From assembly GCF_052425735.1 (NCBI RefSeq), contig NC_135765.1, positions 24,862,001-24,926,000 on the forward strand: a stretch of DNA of 64,000 bases, written 5' to 3'. The position numbers and the translations under genes were made by a program. Within the stretch, counting starts at the first letter, position 1; every line of letters starts with the position of its first letter. Shown here in pieces: positions 61,373 through 64,000 of the stretch. The notes under the pieces were generated by a model, which was not told where the DNA came from, searched no databases, and was given only the letters and a program-made list of their open reading frames with translations. The stretch is from Oculina patagonica (taxonomy: Eukaryota).

Positions 61373-63399
61373 TTATATAAAGTTGTTCATGCAATTTGTC
61401 ATTTTATGTCAGCTTCTTTGTTTTGTACATTTATTGGTACTATTAACGGGTAATATGTTCTTTTGTTATGGTTGGATGGGGTCGGACATCAATGCATAGC
61501 CCCTTTGTCAACATCCATCTTTGGACATGGTAAACATGTACAAACAACACAGATCCAAATCAAGCAATCACAGCCCACTAGCATGACCTTCTGATTTTGT
61601 GCGCTCATTTGCATGAAACCAACACCAGTATCCGTCACTTAAAACAGCACATTTTAAGACGATGTCGAAAGACAATGTTAACAAATGGATGCAGAGAGAT
61701 AGCTATGCAAGTTCACTGAATGCAAGTGTAAGAAGCTGATAACAGTTTCTAGTACTTTCCAGCCTATTACTATGATGGGTCAGTACTAATTATTTGTCAG
61801 TTAATGCTGCAATTATTTTATCAAACAAATGTACCATCATTGCCGAGCAAGTTGTGGTCATTTTTAGTTTGTCACTGGTAACCATAGCAACAGTAAAATC
61901 TATCAAAAATTACCCTTAATTTCCACTTTAAGCGCTTATAGCTTAAAAACGAGCTAAATGATAAGCAGCTAGGTGACAATCAAACTAAGTGCAGTGATTT
62001 TTCAAGACCCCCAAAGGAGACATTATAGCCTCTGCATGCACTGCTTGTAATTTATCACCTTATCTCAGACCAAGGGATGAATACAAACAGTAGGTGCTTC
62101 AAAAAACTATTTCCAAGTTTACAAAGAAATTGATAAATTATCTTAAAAATACCCAATTTCAGAATGGCTAAAAACAATACTCTTTCACCTTGAGGAAAGG
62201 GGGGGGGGGGGGGGACTCTTTATATTTTTGAGTAGGGGTGTGCTGGTGGGACTCTGTAACCGTACCCTATCCCAGACCATTTTCAGCTTATTTTGCAGTA
62301 CCCTATCGTAGTATGCTAGACTACACACTGAAAATCCCTACCCTACCCCAAACTATTGTATGACTATTCCATCTTAAACTCATCTGATGAGTTTTGAAAA
62401 CACACAGCAGCACACATGCATTTTCCTATCAAGCTCATATATGGGAGTATTAGGCTTGCTTACAAGTCGAGCTCACAGAGCGCGAAGCCCGAGAGCTCAA
62501 TAGCGGAGCGCGAGATCTCCGCACCGGGGTCTACTACCACCAAGCCAGAATCGAGAAGCGAGCGACTTTTGGAAAGTCTATGGGAGTATGGGAGTACCCC
62601 CAGCAAGTGGGGAGGGGGTCTTGGGCACCAAAAATACCCATATAGATTTTGAAAGGGAGTATGCCTAAAGCTGTTACTGAGGAATTTGTAAAAGGTCAAC
62701 AGATTTGGGGCAGACAAAATTATGAAGAGTTAATTTCAGAAATAAATTGTCATGACACACCTACAATCTGGTTGTAGATTCTCCTGAGCCAGTAGTTCAC
62801 TTGACTTATACTTGACTTAACAGTCATTGTACTGGACTGAAATGGGGTTAGTGCAGATCTGAACAACAAATGAATCAGGTAAATTGGCCTTTACAAGTGA
62901 ACAAACTCATCATATACATGTAGTTTACATGAAAAATATAAACCTTTTCTTGGGCACCAACAATGTTCAGTCGGGGGTATTTTCGTTTTTATATTCAGCA
63001 TTCATTATAATTTCAAATATAAACAAACATTGAAAAGAGTGTTTCATTGTAAACAAATTATACTGTAAATTAAAAGCATTATTTTCCTTCAATGTCTGCA
63101 TGTATAATTTAGCTTTTTAGACGATCGAAGCAATATAGGGAATATCATTTTTAAGTAAAAAGAAACAAAAACATAAAAAGTCTGTTTGTAACTTAATTAG
63201 TAAATTCATGCAAAGTTCCTTCCTGTAATAAAAAATATATTTTTAATACCAGCCTCGCGATTCACAATATTTCACGCAAACAGTAAAGTTATAGTTTTGG
63301 TAGAAGTTTATGAAGCGACTAGGGTCAGGTTAAGAAAGTAGTGTGTGAATCTAAGTTCAATATAATACAAGAAAGTACAACTTTGGGGTTCCCAGACAA

Positions 63400-63770
63400 T
63401 GGGTAAGTTTATTAGCGACTTTACCTTCGAATTCTGCATTTCGTCGCAAACGATTTCGCATTAGTCCTGGATTAACGGCTTTCTTTCCAAGTTGGTAATA
63501 AGAGGATAAGCGCCAGGTCTCATTCGAAGTTTCTAGGGCTGGAACACGGACCAAAGTGCAAGATTCTGCTGGAAGCTTTCTGAGAAAAACATGTCGGATG
63601 ATATTGTGTTTGCTGAGCAAAGCCAGCGTGCTTTTGGCATACACATCCTCTCTTTTTCGTCGATCTCAACCATTCCTTGCATCGCTCCTCGTCTTTAAGA
63701 AGATATTTCGAATGGTCATCCGGCTTTATCGGGATTTTAAATGCCAAAAGGTGCAGCAGATCTGGTAGAG
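63400..63770 (-). pseudogene. Possible degenerate THAP-domain transposon gene remnant
   Basis: KDEERCKEWLRS followed, in another frame, by LALLSKH; this resembles the THAP P-KD..R..W ... CS.HF spacing. Frameshifted. Confidence 0.3.
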
Positions 63771-64000
63771 ACAACAGCACTTTGCTGCATCTTCGCGCGT
63801 CGAAGCTCGCCACATGTGACGTCACAAAATCCATTTCCGACAATTTTCCGAAGCTTTTCCGAACCGTTCCGTTTGTGAAGCGAAGATAAAGGGCTGTCTT
63901 TAACATCGAATATCTCAGCGACGTTTTAACCAAATCGTTTAAAACTTTAGATTATGATTATTCACAGTATTTCCTTTCATTTAAAGTCAAAATGAGTCTT

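Larger units (their letters stand above)
49411..64000. mobile_element. Probable decayed Kolobok-like DNA transposon hosting the IS3EU-like element; right end probably just beyond the window
   Basis: Starts TTAA-AGGTC at 49411. Subterminal inverted match tttgtgacgtcaggtgtggcgagc (49614) / gctcgccacatgtgacgtcacaaa (63805). An IQPYQFE remnant lies just after the insertion site and a THAP-like remnant near the right end. Confidence 0.45.

Overview
Eukaryotic, AT-rich, repeat-dense animal DNA; the repeat families and gene types point to a cnidarian, most likely a stony coral (inference). Host genes: the 5' three exons of a secreted or membrane TSP1+SRCR gene (minus, running off the left edge), three intronless class A GPCRs (one probably pseudogenised), a histamine N-methyltransferase-like gene, and a PNPLA4-like patatin lipase with an apparently duplicated alternative last exon. 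Mobile elements dominate. (1) A full-length tyrosine-recombinase retrotransposon at 3144-9384 (DIRS order, split direct repeats; gag, RT-RNaseH-MT, ALOG-YR). Its three ORFs each sit behind a phase-0 splice acceptor compatible with one shared leader exon, and it carries a perfect 21-nt 5'/3' complementarity. (2) A second, non-coding split-direct-repeat element on the minus strand (20623-26765) filled with LINE fragments. (3) A 10.5-kb IS3EU-like DNA transposon (49733-60258) with ~950-bp TIRs, a 6-bp TSD, an intact 5-exon DDE transposase and a divergent RING-finger gene, nested in a probable decayed Kolobok-like element. Also present are Penelope, RTE, L2/CR1 and Crypton-like remnants, MITEs, a SINE and one assembly gap. 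All calls come from manual reading of the sequence; no database search was run.
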